This document shows positions 10,828 through 23,217 of a stretch of DNA of 64,000 nt, piece after piece. Source of the stretch: an uncultured Gammaproteobacteria bacterium (GTDB lineage Bacteria > Pseudomonadota > Gammaproteobacteria > JBGSLN01); contig OY968770.1 of assembly GCA_963695245.1 (NCBI GenBank), positions 805,894 to 869,893 on the forward strand. Reading direction: 5' to 3'. Under the pieces are notes generated by a model. It was not told the origin of the DNA, made no database searches, and saw nothing but the letters and a program-made list of their open reading frames with translations. Position 1 is the first letter of the stretch; the number at the start of each line of letters is the position of its first letter. A program made the position numbers and the translations under genes.

Positions 10828-10898
10828 AAAGTTATCTAAACGTCCAGATTTTCAACATTCAGTGCATTAGATTGGATAAATTCTTTTCTGGGCTCAAC

Positions 10899-13280
<2,382 letters not shown>

Positions 13281-13426
13281 TCAGAGGCTTAATTTTTAAC
13301 ACTAACCTACTGATTTAGATAACATTTGAAGGTCTTATAGTATACCAATTTTTATTCAAAAAGGCCATTAAATCTACATATTTTGACATTATCTAAACTA
13401 ATATTACAAAACTGAAAAAACTATTA

Positions 13427-13530
13427 ATGTAGGTTGGGCTGAGGTCGGAAGCCCAACAGAGTATTCATTTAATTACGGCCTTATTTAGTTGCCACGGCCT
13501 GTTGGGCTTCCGACCTCAGCCCAACCTACT
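13427..13530 (+). repeat. REPIN/MITE-like element copy 4 (between recF and gyrB)
   Basis: Arms gaggtcggaagc / gcttccgacctc. Confidence 0.9.
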
Positions 13531-13568
13531 TTAATTATCGTAATTGAGACAAACTCATGAATTATATT

Positions 13569-13584
13569 TGTTCCACGTGAAACA
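13569..13584. promoter_or_regulatory. parS site 1 (ParB-binding centromere-like site)
   Basis: TGTTCCACGTGAAACA, exact match to the canonical parS 16-mer. Lies immediately 3' of the recF stop codon. Confidence 0.85.
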
Positions 13585-14676
13585 TTATCCAGAATTCGGC
13601 ATATCAAGCACAGTGTTATGTTTCACGTGGAACATTTTATGTTGCTTAAATACATTTTTAACTGAGGCTAATTGTGACTCACTGATACCACTAATAAAAA
13701 ATTGCCCTTCTAAATTTTTTAAACATTGAATGAATTGTTCTACTTTTGATTTGTCTAATTCAGCATGAATATCATCAATTAAAAAAATGGCTTGTTTCCC
13801 AGCTAGTTGATTGACTAACCGTGCCTGTGACAGACACATTAGCCAAACAAATAACTTTTGCTGGCCTCGGGAGAGTGCATCTACAATGGGTTTACGATTG
13901 ATAGTGATTTTGAGGTCTGCTCGATGAATACCATAAAATGTATAACCCAATTCTAAATCTTTTGAAATATTCTTTTGCAAAATTTCATCATATTGTAAAT
14001 CTTTACTCCATCCCTGATAAAAATCAATTTTTACATTTTCATAACAGTAATCCTGTAAAAATGATTTAAAAGGCGGAATAAACTGTTGTAAAAATTTCTG
14101 CCTTGCCTCAGTCACTTTATTAGCTGTTTTGATTAAGATCTCATTCCAGGCAGAAATGACATTTAGAGGTTGCCTCTGCCGAATCGCGAGATTCCTTTGC
14201 TGTAGCGCTTTTTGGTTCTTGCGCCACTGAGTTAAAAAAGAAGGTTCCACGTGAAACACACCTAAATCTATAAACTGTCTTCTAATTTTAGGACCTTCTG
14301 TTAAAAGAGAAAAGCTGTCATTATTTAGGATTTGAACCGGCAATATTTTCGAAATTTCTGCTACAGATACAAATTCACCATCTAATTTCTGATGGTTTAT
14401 CCCCTGATAATCTCTGGAAACCCCAATATTATGTAGTTTTTGTGTTGTATTAAGAAATTTTAAAAATACCAATAATCCATTTTTATCATCCTGTATTACT
14501 CGTTTAGTGAGATGCGTTCTAAAAGAACGACCAAAGCTGCATAAATAAATTGCTTCCAAAAAACTGGTTTTGCCGCTGCCGTTTTCACCATAGAATAAAT
14601 TTACTTCCGGATGAAGCCTGGCTTCTACCGATGAAAAATTACGGAAATGTTCAATTTTTATGAAATGGATGGGCAT
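13585..14676 (-). CDS. recF: DNA replication and repair protein RecF
   Basis: MPIHFIKIEHFRNFSSVEARLHPEVNLFYGENGSGKTSFLEAIYL... Confidence 0.96.
   Translation of the reverse strand: MPIHFIKIEHFRNFSSVEARLHPEVNLFYGENGSGKTSFLEAIYLCSFGRSFRTHLTKRVIQDDKNGLLVFLKFLNTTQKLHNIGVSRDYQGINHQKLDGEFVSVAEISKILPVQILNNDSFSLLTEGPKIRRQFIDLGVFHVEPSFLTQWRKNQKALQQRNLAIRQRQPLNVISAWNEILIKTANKVTEARQKFLQQFIPPFKSFLQDYCYENVKIDFYQGWSKDLQYDEILQKNISKDLELGYTFYGIHRADLKITINRKPIVDALSRGQQKLFVWLMCLSQARLVNQLAGKQAIFLIDDIHAELDKSKVEQFIQCLKNLEGQFFISGISESQLASVKNVFKQHKMFHVKHNTVLDMPNSG
13619..13634. promoter_or_regulatory. parS site 2
   Basis: TGTTTCACGTGGAACA, the reverse complement of site 1. 34 bp from site 1, inside the last codons of recF (MFHVKHN). 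Confidence 0.85.
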
Positions 14677-14690
14677 AACGGGTGAGATGC

Positions 14691-15791
14691 TTATATCCGC
14701 ATTGGCATAATAACATAAAGGGCATGGTTATCTTCAGAGTTCGATTCAATCTGCAAAGGGGTATTTGCATCCTGCATGGAAAAAATAATGTCACCATTTG
14801 GCAGGGCGTTTATCGCTTCCATAAGGTAACTTACATTAAAACCGATTTCAAAAGGCTCGAAGGCATAATCAATGGATATTTGCTCAAAGGCTTCTTCATG
14901 TTCTGAGTTATGAGCCTCAATATTGAGTTGATTATTTTCAAAATGAAATTTTACACCATGATACTTTTCATTGGATAAAACCGCAATTCGACTCAAGCTA
15001 TGTTTGATTAAATCTTTTTCAATTATAATTTGTTTAGAAGTATTTTTTGGAATGACTTGTTGATAATCTGGAAAAGCACCATCAATCAGTTTGGTAATGA
15101 GTAAATAGTCTTCTCCCCGAATCCTAAAATGATTATCATCAAATCCTACCGAAACCAGCTCATCACTATGTTGCAGAATTCTTAAAAACTCTAGTACAGC
15201 TTTTCTGGGTAAAATACAGGCCATGTCTTGAGCATCTAAACTGAGTAAATGTTTAGAAAAAGCTAATCGATGCCCATCGGTAGCCACGACTTTTAATTGA
15301 TCAGATGATTTCATCAAATAAATACCGTTTAGATAATACCTGACGTCCTGTTGAGCCATAGAAAAATAAACATTTTCCAAAAGAGTTTTAAAGATACTCT
15401 GTGAAATCTGAAAATCAGACTCCGCTAAATTTCCCTGCACATTAGGAAAATCTTCTGCTTTTAAAACTGATAATTTAAAACGACTGCGTTCACAAGCAAG
15501 TATTAACTGTTCATTATCAAGCGTAAAATGAATCATAGTCTCAGGCAGAGCTTTGACAATATCAAATAATTTGCGAGCAGGCACAGTAATTGCCCCACTG
15601 ACAGCCACTGATTCTAAAGCTGTACGTGCCTGTAGCTCGATTTCCAAATCAGTAGCAATTAAATGAAGGATATCATCCTGTATTTTTAAAAGCACATTAG
15701 AAAGAATAGGCATTGACTGCCTTTTTTCCACGGCTCCCATAACTTTTTGCAGACTGTTTAAGAGTTTGTTTTTTAAGACGCTAAACTGCAT
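14691..15791 (-). CDS. dnaN: DNA polymerase III subunit beta
   Basis: 366 aa beta-clamp. MQFSVLKNKLLNSLQKVMGAVEKRQSMPILSNVLL... Confidence 0.97.
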   Translation of the reverse strand: MQFSVLKNKLLNSLQKVMGAVEKRQSMPILSNVLLKIQDDILHLIATDLEIELQARTALESVAVSGAITVPARKLFDIVKALPETMIHFTLDNEQLILACERSRFKLSVLKAEDFPNVQGNLAESDFQISQSIFKTLLENVYFSMAQQDVRYYLNGIYLMKSSDQLKVVATDGHRLAFSKHLLSLDAQDMACILPRKAVLEFLRILQHSDELVSVGFDDNHFRIRGEDYLLITKLIDGAFPDYQQVIPKNTSKQIIIEKDLIKHSLSRIAVLSNEKYHGVKFHFENNQLNIEAHNSEHEEAFEQISIDYAFEPFEIGFNVSYLMEAINALPNGDIIFSMQDANTPLQIESNSEDNHALYVIMPMRI

Positions 15792-15846
15792 TTTATTCTC
15801 ACACTGAAGATTGTACCTAAAATAATAAAATCAAAACTTACAATGA

Positions 15847-17271
15847 TTAACTGGTCAGTAACCGTAACAGGTTTGTGAAGTCCTCTGCAATATCATTGTC
15901 ATCCTTTTTCAATTCCAAAATTTTACGGTGGGCATGAATAACCGTGGTATGATCCCGTCCTCCAAAAGCATCTCCAATTTCAGGAAGACTGTGACTGGTC
16001 AACTCCTTAGCTAAACTCATAGCAATCTGTCTGGGTCTGGCAACCGAACGACTCCTTCGCTTTGAGAGTATATCAACGACCTTAATTTTGTAGTATTCGG
16101 CCACGGTTTTAATAATGTTATCAATGGAAACTAATTTATCCTGTAGGCTTAATAAATCCTTCAAAGACTCTTTAACCAACTCTAAGGAAATAGGTTTCCC
16201 TGTAAAATATGCATGGGCACTTACTCTTTTTAACGCCCCCTCTAATTCTCTAACATTTGAACGAACCCGCTTGGCAATGAAAAAAGCCACATCATTAGGT
16301 AATTCAATATTAATCTGTTCTGCTTTACTCATCAAGATTGCCACCCGAGTTTCAAGCTCCGGTGGTTCAATAGAAACCGTTAATCCCCAACCCAATCTTG
16401 ACTGCAATCTTTCCTCAACACCTCTGATTTCTTTAGGGAACCTGTCGCTGGTTAAAATAATTTGCTGTCCACCTTCCAGTAAAGCATTAAAAGTGTGAAA
16501 AAATTCTTCTTGTGAGCGATCTTTACCTGCAAAAAATTGAATATCATCAATGATTAACACATTCACACTTCGATAATAATGCTTAAAATCATTAATGCGG
16601 TTGGTTTGTAATGCTTTAACCATATCCGCCACAAACCGCTCAGAATGCAGATAGACAACTTTGGAAAGCGCATTTTCCTGCATAATTAAATTACCCACTG
16701 CATGACATAAGTGCGTTTTACCAAGTCCGACTCCCCCATATACAAACATAGGATTGTATGCTTTGCCAGGATTTTGAGCTACCTGAAGTGCTGCAGCGCG
16801 AGCAAGCTGATTAGATTTACCTTCTACAAAACTTTCAAAAGTAAAAGTAGGGTTAATATTATGCTCGTGTTTAATATCATTTATTTGGATTTTTCTTTCA
16901 GGGCTGGTTCTGACAAAATTATTCACAGCCTCAATATTAACAATTCCACTGGAAGGTTTTTGCTTTTCCCCAATTTTAAGTAAGATTTTAAAATCACAAG
17001 TTTTTTGCTCTTCAATCATCAGATGCTTAAGCTGCTCATGGATTCTTGCCATGTATTTTTCCTTAATCCATTCAAGAACAAATTGATTGGGCGCATAAAG
17101 GGTTAAACTATCTTCAGCAAGACTCTCTGCCTGTAAAGGCCGTAACCAAGTGTTATAAGACTGTTCTGACTCATTTGAAGCCAGTTCCTGCTTAAGTCGT
17201 TGCAGACATTTTTCCCAAATATTAAGCACAAGATTCCCCAATAAGCTGTTGATAAGTTGTGAGTAGCGCAC
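15847..17271 (-). CDS. dnaA: Chromosomal replication initiator DnaA
   Basis: AAA+ ([10 protein letters not shown]) and C-terminal DNA-binding domain (…[14 protein letters not shown]). The start at 17271 is a GTG. An in-frame GTG 16 codons downstream ([12 protein letters not shown]) is an alternative. Confidence 0.96.
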   Translation of the reverse strand: MRYSQLINSLLGNLVLNIWEKCLQRLKQELASNESEQSYNTWLRPLQAESLAEDSLTLYAPNQFVLEWIKEKYMARIHEQLKHLMIEEQKTCDFKILLKIGEKQKPSSGIVNIEAVNNFVRTSPERKIQINDIKHEHNINPTFTFESFVEGKSNQLARAAALQVAQNPGKAYNPMFVYGGVGLGKTHLCHAVGNLIMQENALSKVVYLHSERFVADMVKALQTNRINDFKHYYRSVNVLIIDDIQFFAGKDRSQEEFFHTFNALLEGGQQIILTSDRFPKEIRGVEERLQSRLGWGLTVSIEPPELETRVAILMSKAEQINIELPNDVAFFIAKRVRSNVRELEGALKRVSAHAYFTGKPISLELVKESLKDLLSLQDKLVSIDNIIKTVAEYYKIKVVDILSKRRSRSVARPRQIAMSLAKELTSHSLPEIGDAFGGRDHTTVIHAHRKILELKKDDNDIAEDFTNLLRLLTS

Positions 17272-17478
17272 TGAATAACCTGTAGAATAACAAAGTCTAC
17301 CTTAAGTTATCCACAGAAAATTTAACTTATTAACAGAAGCAGTTAGGTTATACACAGGGTAAAATATTAGTTAAGCCTATGTTAAGTCATTATTTTCTAG
17401 GCTTTTCCACAGAAAAAACTTACTTAATAATAATATAAAATAAAAATACTTTATATATATTAATAAAATACAGAATCA

Positions 17479-17515
17479 ATGTAGGTTGGGCTGACGCAGG
17501 AAGCCCAACCTACAT
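17479..17515. repeat. Solo REP-like hairpin (single arm) inside the oriC region
   Basis: atgtaggttgggctgacgcaggaagcccaacctacat. 13-bp perfect stem, 9-nt loop. Confidence 0.8.
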
Positions 17516-17562
17516 TGATTAATTTCGTTTTTAATACGAAGAAGACGTAAATCTTATTTAAG

Positions 17563-17591
17563 TTGACATTAAGCCACAAGAACTGTAACAT
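17563..17591 (+). promoter_or_regulatory. Predicted sigma-70 promoter of the rpmH-rnpA-yidD-yidC-mnmE operon
   Basis: TTGACA - 17 bp - TAACAT, about 35 nt upstream of the rpmH ATG. Confidence 0.5.
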
Positions 17592-17626
17592 CTGCCGGCT
17601 AAAAGTTTATTTTTTGAGTAGGCAAG

Positions 17627-17761
17627 ATGAAAAGAACATTTCAACCCAGTAATCTTAAAAGAAAAAGAGATCATGGATTTAGAGCCAGAATGGCGACCCG
17701 TAATGGTAGAAAACTAATTAATCGTCGTAGGGCGAAAGGTCGTAAGCGTTTAACTGCTTAA
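17627..17761 (+). CDS. rpmH: 50S ribosomal protein L34
   Basis: 44 aa, [44 protein letters not shown]. Below the ORF-track size cutoff and found by reading the sequence directly. Confidence 0.95.
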   Translation: MKRTFQPSNLKRKRDHGFRARMATRNGRKLINRRRAKGRKRLTA

Positions 17762-17767
17762 TTAACC

Positions 17768-18118
17768 GTGTATCGCTTTACCCGGGAAAGCAGGTTGTTA
17801 AAAGCTAAAGCTTTTCAGCAGGTTTTTAAAAAAGGTATAAAAAAATACCATAAGGGTATTAGCGTCATTGCAGCCAGGAATGATCAAAACTCAGCAAGAC
17901 TTGGTTTTGCTATCAGTAAGAAACAGGTAAAAAGAGCCTGTGATCGCAATACTTTAAAACGAATTGCACGAGAAGTTTTCAGGCATCAGCAAAATGAATT
18001 AACCGGTATTGACTTCGTAGTTTTGGTGAATAAAACGTGCTTAGAACACAAAAAACTGGATTTACATCATTACTTTCAAACAGTATTCATCTCTGTAGTC
18101 AAATGTCTGTCCGAATAA
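17768..18118 (+). CDS. rnpA: Ribonuclease P protein component
   Basis: 116 aa, GTG start as in E. coli rnpA. ...RLGFAISKKQVKRACDRNTLKRIAREVFR. Confidence 0.9.
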   Translation: MYRFTRESRLLKAKAFQQVFKKGIKKYHKGISVIAARNDQNSARLGFAISKKQVKRACDRNTLKRIAREVFRHQQNELTGIDFVVLVNKTCLEHKKLDLHHYFQTVFISVVKCLSE

Positions 18119-18339
18119 TCATCCTTATCATCAAATTGTATCGATTGCTATTAAGTCCATTAATTGGACAAAAATGTCGATTTTATCCAAGCTGTTCTAA
18201 ATATAGTGAAACAGCATTTATGCAACATGGTGTCATCCGTGGTATCTGGCTTACCCTTAAGCGCTTAGCCAAATGCCAACCCTTACACCCAGGGGGATTT
18301 GATCCCGTACCTCAAAAACCATCAAGTCAGAGAGTTTAA
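18103..18339 (+). CDS. yidD: Membrane protein insertion efficiency factor YidD
   Basis: MSVRIIILIIKLYRLLLSPLIGQKCRFYPSCSKYSETAFMQHGVIRG. Overlaps the rnpA 3' end as usual. The track start at 18037 is rejected. Confidence 0.85.
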   Translation: MSVRIIILIIKLYRLLLSPLIGQKCRFYPSCSKYSETAFMQHGVIRGIWLTLKRLAKCQPLHPGGFDPVPQKPSSQRV

Positions 18340-18341
18340 TT

Positions 18342-20069
18342 ATGGAACAGGCCCAAAGAATTTTTTTATATGCAGCTTTATTCGTTGTGGCATTTTTTCT
18401 GTGGCAATCCTGGAATCGATATAGCGAACATTTGCCTAAAACTACTTTTACTCATCAAAGTACACAACAAGTATCAGATGAAACAACCAAAACCACTGAT
18501 AACCAAACCACCAGCTCCAAAGAATCGGCAAATGCTGCAAATTCAAATAATTTTTCTAATGCTCCAGCTTTCAATGCTGTTGCTAAAACGAAAACCAGTA
18601 ATCTTCAATCAATACCTAAAAGTCGATTGATTGAAGTTAACACGGATGTATTCAAAATTGGTATAGATACCAAAGGCGGGAATATTGTTTCTTTAAAACT
18701 AAAGAAATTTCCTGTATCTCTAAAAGAAAAAGATAATCCTTCCGTTTTACTCACAGATAAGCCAGAAAAATTATATATTGCTGAAAGTGCATTAATGGGT
18801 AAAGCCGGTCCTGACACTCGCACGCAACTGGCGCAGTATAAAGCTTCTGCCAAAAGCTATACGCTGACCAACAATGAACTCAAAGTTAATTTAATCTGGA
18901 CGAATCCACAAGGGGTGGAAGTTGTTAAAACTTATACCTTCAAAAAAGACAGCTACCTGATTCATGTAGCTTATAATGTTACCAACAATAGTTCAAAACC
19001 TTGGACTGGACAATTTTACAGTCAGTTGACCCGTAAAAACGTCAAAGAAAGCGGTACTCACTTATTTCAGATTCATCCGTATTTTGGCGCAGCCATTTCC
19101 AGCCCGCAAAAGCGCTATGATGAAGTTAGTTTTAAAGATATGAAATCAACGCCCATTAATCAAAGCACAAAAGATGGTTGGGCAGCTATGGTACAAAGAT
19201 ATTTTGTCAGCGCCTGGGTGCCAGATGCAGATAAAACTTTCCATTATTATAGTAAGGCAAGTGCCAATGATATTTATACCATTGGTATGGCAAGTAATCC
19301 GATTACCGTAAAACCTGGCGCCACAGTCACTGTGGGTTCTAAACTTTACTCAGGACCTGAAGTTACCTCAGTTCTAAAAAGTATCGCACCAGGGCTTGAG
19401 CAAACCGTCAGTTACGGTTGGTTATGGTTCATCTCTGTGATTGTTTTTTGGGTCATGGCTAAAATTTACTGGGTTGTCGGTAACTGGGGCTGGTCGATTA
19501 TTTTAGTCACTGTGCTCATCAAGCTAATCTTTTTTCCTTTGTCTGCTAAAAGCTATAAATCTATGGCGAGAATGCGGGGCTTACAACCTAAAATTAAAGC
19601 TTTAAGAGAGCGCCATGCGGATGATAAGCAAAAACAATCTCAAGCAATGATGGAATTGTATAAAAAGGAAAAAGTAAATCCTGTGGGAGGCTGTTTACCC
19701 ATTTTGGTACAGATTCCCGTATTTTTTGCACTTTATATGGTACTGATTGAAAGTGTACAGTTACGCCAGGCGCCATGGATTTTATGGATTCATGATTTAT
19801 CTGTGCCAGATCCTTATTTCATTTTGCCGGTGTTAATGGGGATCACCATGTTTGTTCAGCAAAAATTAAATCCACCGCCACCGGATCCAACCCAGGCTAA
19901 GGTAATGATGTTTTTACCGGTAATTTTTACCGTGCTGTTTGCCTATTTTCCTGCTGGTTTGGTACTTTACTGGGTGGTTAATAATGGGTTATCTATTTTG
20001 CAGCAATGGTATATTACTCGGAAAGTAGAAGCTGACGAGAAAAAAAATAAATATCGAAAGAAAAAATGA
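18342..20069 (+). CDS. yidC: Membrane protein insertase YidC
   Basis: 575 aa. N-terminal TM, large periplasmic domain, conserved C-terminal 5-TM core. Confidence 0.95.
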   Translation: MEQAQRIFLYAALFVVAFFLWQSWNRYSEHLPKTTFTHQSTQQVSDETTKTTDNQTTSSKESANAANSNNFSNAPAFNAVAKTKTSNLQSIPKSRLIEVNTDVFKIGIDTKGGNIVSLKLKKFPVSLKEKDNPSVLLTDKPEKLYIAESALMGKAGPDTRTQLAQYKASAKSYTLTNNELKVNLIWTNPQGVEVVKTYTFKKDSYLIHVAYNVTNNSSKPWTGQFYSQLTRKNVKESGTHLFQIHPYFGAAISSPQKRYDEVSFKDMKSTPINQSTKDGWAAMVQRYFVSAWVPDADKTFHYYSKASANDIYTIGMASNPITVKPGATVTVGSKLYSGPEVTSVLKSIAPGLEQTVSYGWLWFISVIVFWVMAKIYWVVGNWGWSIILVTVLIKLIFFPLSAKSYKSMARMRGLQPKIKALRERHADDKQKQSQAMMELYKKEKVNPVGGCLPILVQIPVFFALYMVLIESVQLRQAPWILWIHDLSVPDPYFILPVLMGITMFVQQKLNPPPPDPTQAKVMMFLPVIFTVLFAYFPAGLVLYWVVNNGLSILQQWYITRKVEADEKKNKYRKKK

Positions 20070-21418
20070 TCCTTGATGCTGACACAATTGCAGCCATCGC
20101 CACGCCTCCTGGTAAAGGAGGCGTTGGCATTATTCGAATTTCAGGCACAAAATCCCTCATGATTGCCAAACATATTACTGGCAAAAACCTATCTGCCCGA
20201 CAAGCTACACTGACTAAATTTAAGGGAAAAGAAGGGGTACTGGATGAAGGCATTGCGATTTATTTTCAGGCACCGAACTCCTTTACTGGTGAAGATGTGG
20301 TTGAATTACAGGGACATGGCGGCCCTGTGGTGATGGATTTACTGTTAAATGAAGTTCTCAATCTCGGCGCTAAAATGGCCAAAGCCGGTGAATTCAGTGA
20401 ACGGGCTTTTTTAAATGATAAGCTGGATTTAGCACAAGCAGAAGCAATTGCGGATTTGATAGATTCTGGTTCACAAAAAGCTGCAAAGGCAGCCATTCAA
20501 TCTCTGCAGGGTGTTTTTTCCAAAAAAGTTCATTCAGTGACAGAACAATTAATTCATATCAGAACATTTGTAGAAGCAGCCATTGATTTTTCTGATGAAG
20601 ATATTGAAAGTTTAAGCTGTGAAAATTTAGCGAAGAAAATCTCTCAACTGTTAGCAGAATTAAAAAACATTCAAACACAGGCAAATCAGGGACAATTGCT
20701 AAGGGAAGGTATTAATGTTGTAATTATTGGCAAACCCAATGCAGGAAAATCCAGTTTACTGAATCAGTTGGTAGGCAATGAAACGGCAATTGTTACCGAT
20801 ATTGCTGGAACCACGCGCGATGTATTAAAAGAATATATTCACATTGAGGGTTTGCCCATACACATTATTGATACGGCTGGTTTACGAAAAACTGAAGATA
20901 TTGTGGAACAAAAAGGCGTGGAACGGACTTTAAAACAGGTGGAGCGCGCTGATATGATCATTGCAATGTTTGATGCCTGTGAGTTTGAAACTCAAGTTGT
21001 AAAAAATCTTTTAGCTGACTGGCAGGTTAATTTAAGTGATGCCATTATTGTTAAAAATAAAATAGATTTAACCGAAGAATCTTCAGGGACAAGTATTGAA
21101 AATCAAATGCAAATCATAAAAGTTTCCATAAAAAATAACACGGGGCTTGAGGATTTGAAGCAGGAGATAAAAGCAAAAGCAGGATTTCAAAGTGGTGAAG
21201 CCGGCACTTTCAGTGCCAGACGCAGACATTTGGTTATTTTAGCCGAAGCTGAAAACTGTATTGAGCAAAGTTATCAGCAATTAACCCAAAATCAGGCATT
21301 GGAGCTGGTAGCAGAAGAGTTGATGCAGGCACAAAAAGCTTTAGGCAACATCACCGGTGAATTCAGTTCAGATGATTTACTGGGGGAAATTTTTTCAAAC
21401 TTTTGTATAGGGAAATAA
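20066..21418 (+). CDS. mnmE: tRNA modification GTPase MnmE
   Basis: 450 aa. G-domain ([18 protein letters not shown]) and C-terminal CIGK. ATGA overlap with the yidC stop. Confidence 0.95.
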   Translation: MILDADTIAAIATPPGKGGVGIIRISGTKSLMIAKHITGKNLSARQATLTKFKGKEGVLDEGIAIYFQAPNSFTGEDVVELQGHGGPVVMDLLLNEVLNLGAKMAKAGEFSERAFLNDKLDLAQAEAIADLIDSGSQKAAKAAIQSLQGVFSKKVHSVTEQLIHIRTFVEAAIDFSDEDIESLSCENLAKKISQLLAELKNIQTQANQGQLLREGINVVIIGKPNAGKSSLLNQLVGNETAIVTDIAGTTRDVLKEYIHIEGLPIHIIDTAGLRKTEDIVEQKGVERTLKQVERADMIIAMFDACEFETQVVKNLLADWQVNLSDAIIVKNKIDLTEESSGTSIENQMQIIKVSIKNNTGLEDLKQEIKAKAGFQSGEAGTFSARRRHLVILAEAENCIEQSYQQLTQNQALELVAEELMQAQKALGNITGEFSSDDLLGEIFSNFCIGK

Positions 21419-21419
21419 A

Positions 21420-22493
21420 ATGAAAACCATCTGTTTTACAGGGGGCGGATCAAGTGGGCATGTTACTCCAAATCTTGCCATTATTAATGCTTTATCAGAG
21501 GATAAGCTGCAGCTTATTTACATTGGCTCTAAAGCTGGTATTGAAAAAAACTTAGTAACAAATGAAAATATTCCTTACTATCCAATCCAATCAGGGAAAC
21601 TCAGACGTTATTTTAGTTGGCAAAACTTTATTGATCCATTGAAAATTTTAGCAGGCATATGCCAAAGCTTTAAAATATTGAGAAAAAAACAAGTAGACTT
21701 AGTATTTTCAAAAGGTGGATTTGTCAGCTTCCCAGTAGTATTTGCCGCTTATTTAAAAAAAATTCCAGTTATCTGTCACGAATCCGATTTGGTACCTGGA
21801 CTTGCAAATAAATTATCATTTCCTTTTTGTGAAAAAATTTGTGTCACCTTTGCTCAAAGTGCAAATAACATATCCTATAAAAATAAAACAATGATAACAG
21901 GCGCACCTGTTAGAAAAGCTTTATTCAAAGGGGATAAAAACTCAATAATAAAAAAATATAACTTAGATAAAACCAAAAAAACACTACTGATAACCGGTGG
22001 TGGTGCAGGTTCAAAAGTTATCAATGATACGGTTCAAATGATCCTGGAAGATTTAATTGAGCACTATAATATTATCCATATAACTGGCAAAGATAAATTA
22101 AACAAAAATTTTGAAACAATCCCAGGATATATTCAGGTTGAATATTTGCAAGAGCAGATGAGCGATGCCATGAATCTTGCTGACATTGTCATCTCCAGAG
22201 CAGGCAGCAACACTTTATATGAATTAATATTACTGAAGAAAAATCATATTTTAATTCCCCTATCCAAAAAAGCCAGTCGCGGTGATCAAATTGATAATGC
22301 CCGTTATTTTGAAAAGGCAGGGTTATCAACTGTGATTGAAGAAGAAAAGTTATCAAAAGAAACCTTATTAGAAGCAATTAAATCAGTAGAAACCCATTTT
22401 TCAGAACAGCAGCAACGATTACAGACATATGAATGCCCTAACGGAACTGATAAGATAGTGGCACTCATCCATCAACTTCTTGAGCATAAGTGA
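21420..22493 (+). CDS. Glycosyltransferase family 28, MurG-like (location outside any dcw cluster suggests a paralogue rather than the housekeeping murG)
   Basis: 357 aa. N-terminal GGGSSGHVTP (compare MurG GGTGGHVFP). C-terminal GGGAGS...ADIVISRAGSNTLYEL...QIDNARYFEKAG matches the MurG C-terminal donor-binding half. Confidence 0.6.
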   Translation: MKTICFTGGGSSGHVTPNLAIINALSEDKLQLIYIGSKAGIEKNLVTNENIPYYPIQSGKLRRYFSWQNFIDPLKILAGICQSFKILRKKQVDLVFSKGGFVSFPVVFAAYLKKIPVICHESDLVPGLANKLSFPFCEKICVTFAQSANNISYKNKTMITGAPVRKALFKGDKNSIIKKYNLDKTKKTLLITGGGAGSKVINDTVQMILEDLIEHYNIIHITGKDKLNKNFETIPGYIQVEYLQEQMSDAMNLADIVISRAGSNTLYELILLKKNHILIPLSKKASRGDQIDNARYFEKAGLSTVIEEEKLSKETLLEAIKSVETHFSEQQQRLQTYECPNGTDKIVALIHQLLEHK

Positions 22494-22500
22494 GACTAAA

Positions 22501-23217
22501 ATGGATTATCATTATTTTAAAGATATTGTGAATAATACTTTTGCCAAAGCCATTGATGCAGATAATCGCCCAACTTTTTTTGAGGTAAACCCAAAATTTC
22601 CGGCTTTACATAACATCACACAGAATTTTGAAACCATAAAATCTGAATTTGAACAGGCGATAGAACAGTTAGACAATTTACCCAAATATCATGAAGTGGA
22701 TCCTGGAGAAAGTGAAATATCTAATACTACCGAAAAAAACTGGAATGTTTTAATGCTGTATCTCTTGGGATATAAACCAGAAAAAAACCGCACATTATTT
22801 CCAAAAACCTGTGATTTATTAAAAGATATTCCCAATCTGGTACAGGCATTTTTTTCTATTTTAGAACCAGGTAAGTCAGTACCAAAACATAAAGGGCCTT
22901 ATCTTGGTTATCTTCGCTATCATTTAGGCATTCAAGTGCCAAAACAAAATCCACCCAGCATTATCGTTAATGATAAACCCTATACATGGAAAGAATCAGA
23001 GGCCGTCATGTTTGATGACTCATGGCCACATGAGGTGATTAACGAAGCTACTGAATCACGGGTAGTGCTGATTATTGACGTACTAAGACCTATGCCCTGG
23101 TGGCCGCAGATACTCAATCGGTTTGTCACTAATGTGATTGCCAAATATACCTACGGTCGCCAAGTGGTCAGTCGCGTTCAAAACAGTGGGATTGAGGTTT
23201 TAAAGCCTATTGATTAA
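22501..23217 (+). CDS. Aspartyl/asparaginyl beta-hydroxylase family 2OG-Fe(II) dioxygenase (LpxO-like)
   Basis: LFPKTCDLL...FSILEPGKSVPKHKGPYLGYLRYHLGIQVP...FDDSWPHEV, the Asp_Arg_Hydrox signature. Start taken at MDYHYF. Confidence 0.65.
   Translation: MDYHYFKDIVNNTFAKAIDADNRPTFFEVNPKFPALHNITQNFETIKSEFEQAIEQLDNLPKYHEVDPGESEISNTTEKNWNVLMLYLLGYKPEKNRTLFPKTCDLLKDIPNLVQAFFSILEPGKSVPKHKGPYLGYLRYHLGIQVPKQNPPSIIVNDKPYTWKESEAVMFDDSWPHEVINEATESRVVLIIDVLRPMPWWPQILNRFVTNVIAKYTYGRQVVSRVQNSGIEVLKPID

Larger units (their letters stand above)
17272..17626. other. Putative oriC (dnaA-rpmH intergenic region)
   Basis: DnaA boxes: TTATCCACA (17307-17315, perfect), TTATACACA (17348-17356) and TTTTCCACA (17403-17411). 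A roughly 58-bp, almost pure-AT stretch (17421-17478) is a candidate DNA-unwinding element. A solo REP hairpin and the rpmH promoter follow. Confidence 0.6.

Noticed and set aside
21420-22493. Calling this ORF the housekeeping murG
   Set aside because: Motifs are MurG-like, but the genomic context is wrong (not between ftsW and murC). Kept as a GT28 paralogue pending genome-wide check.
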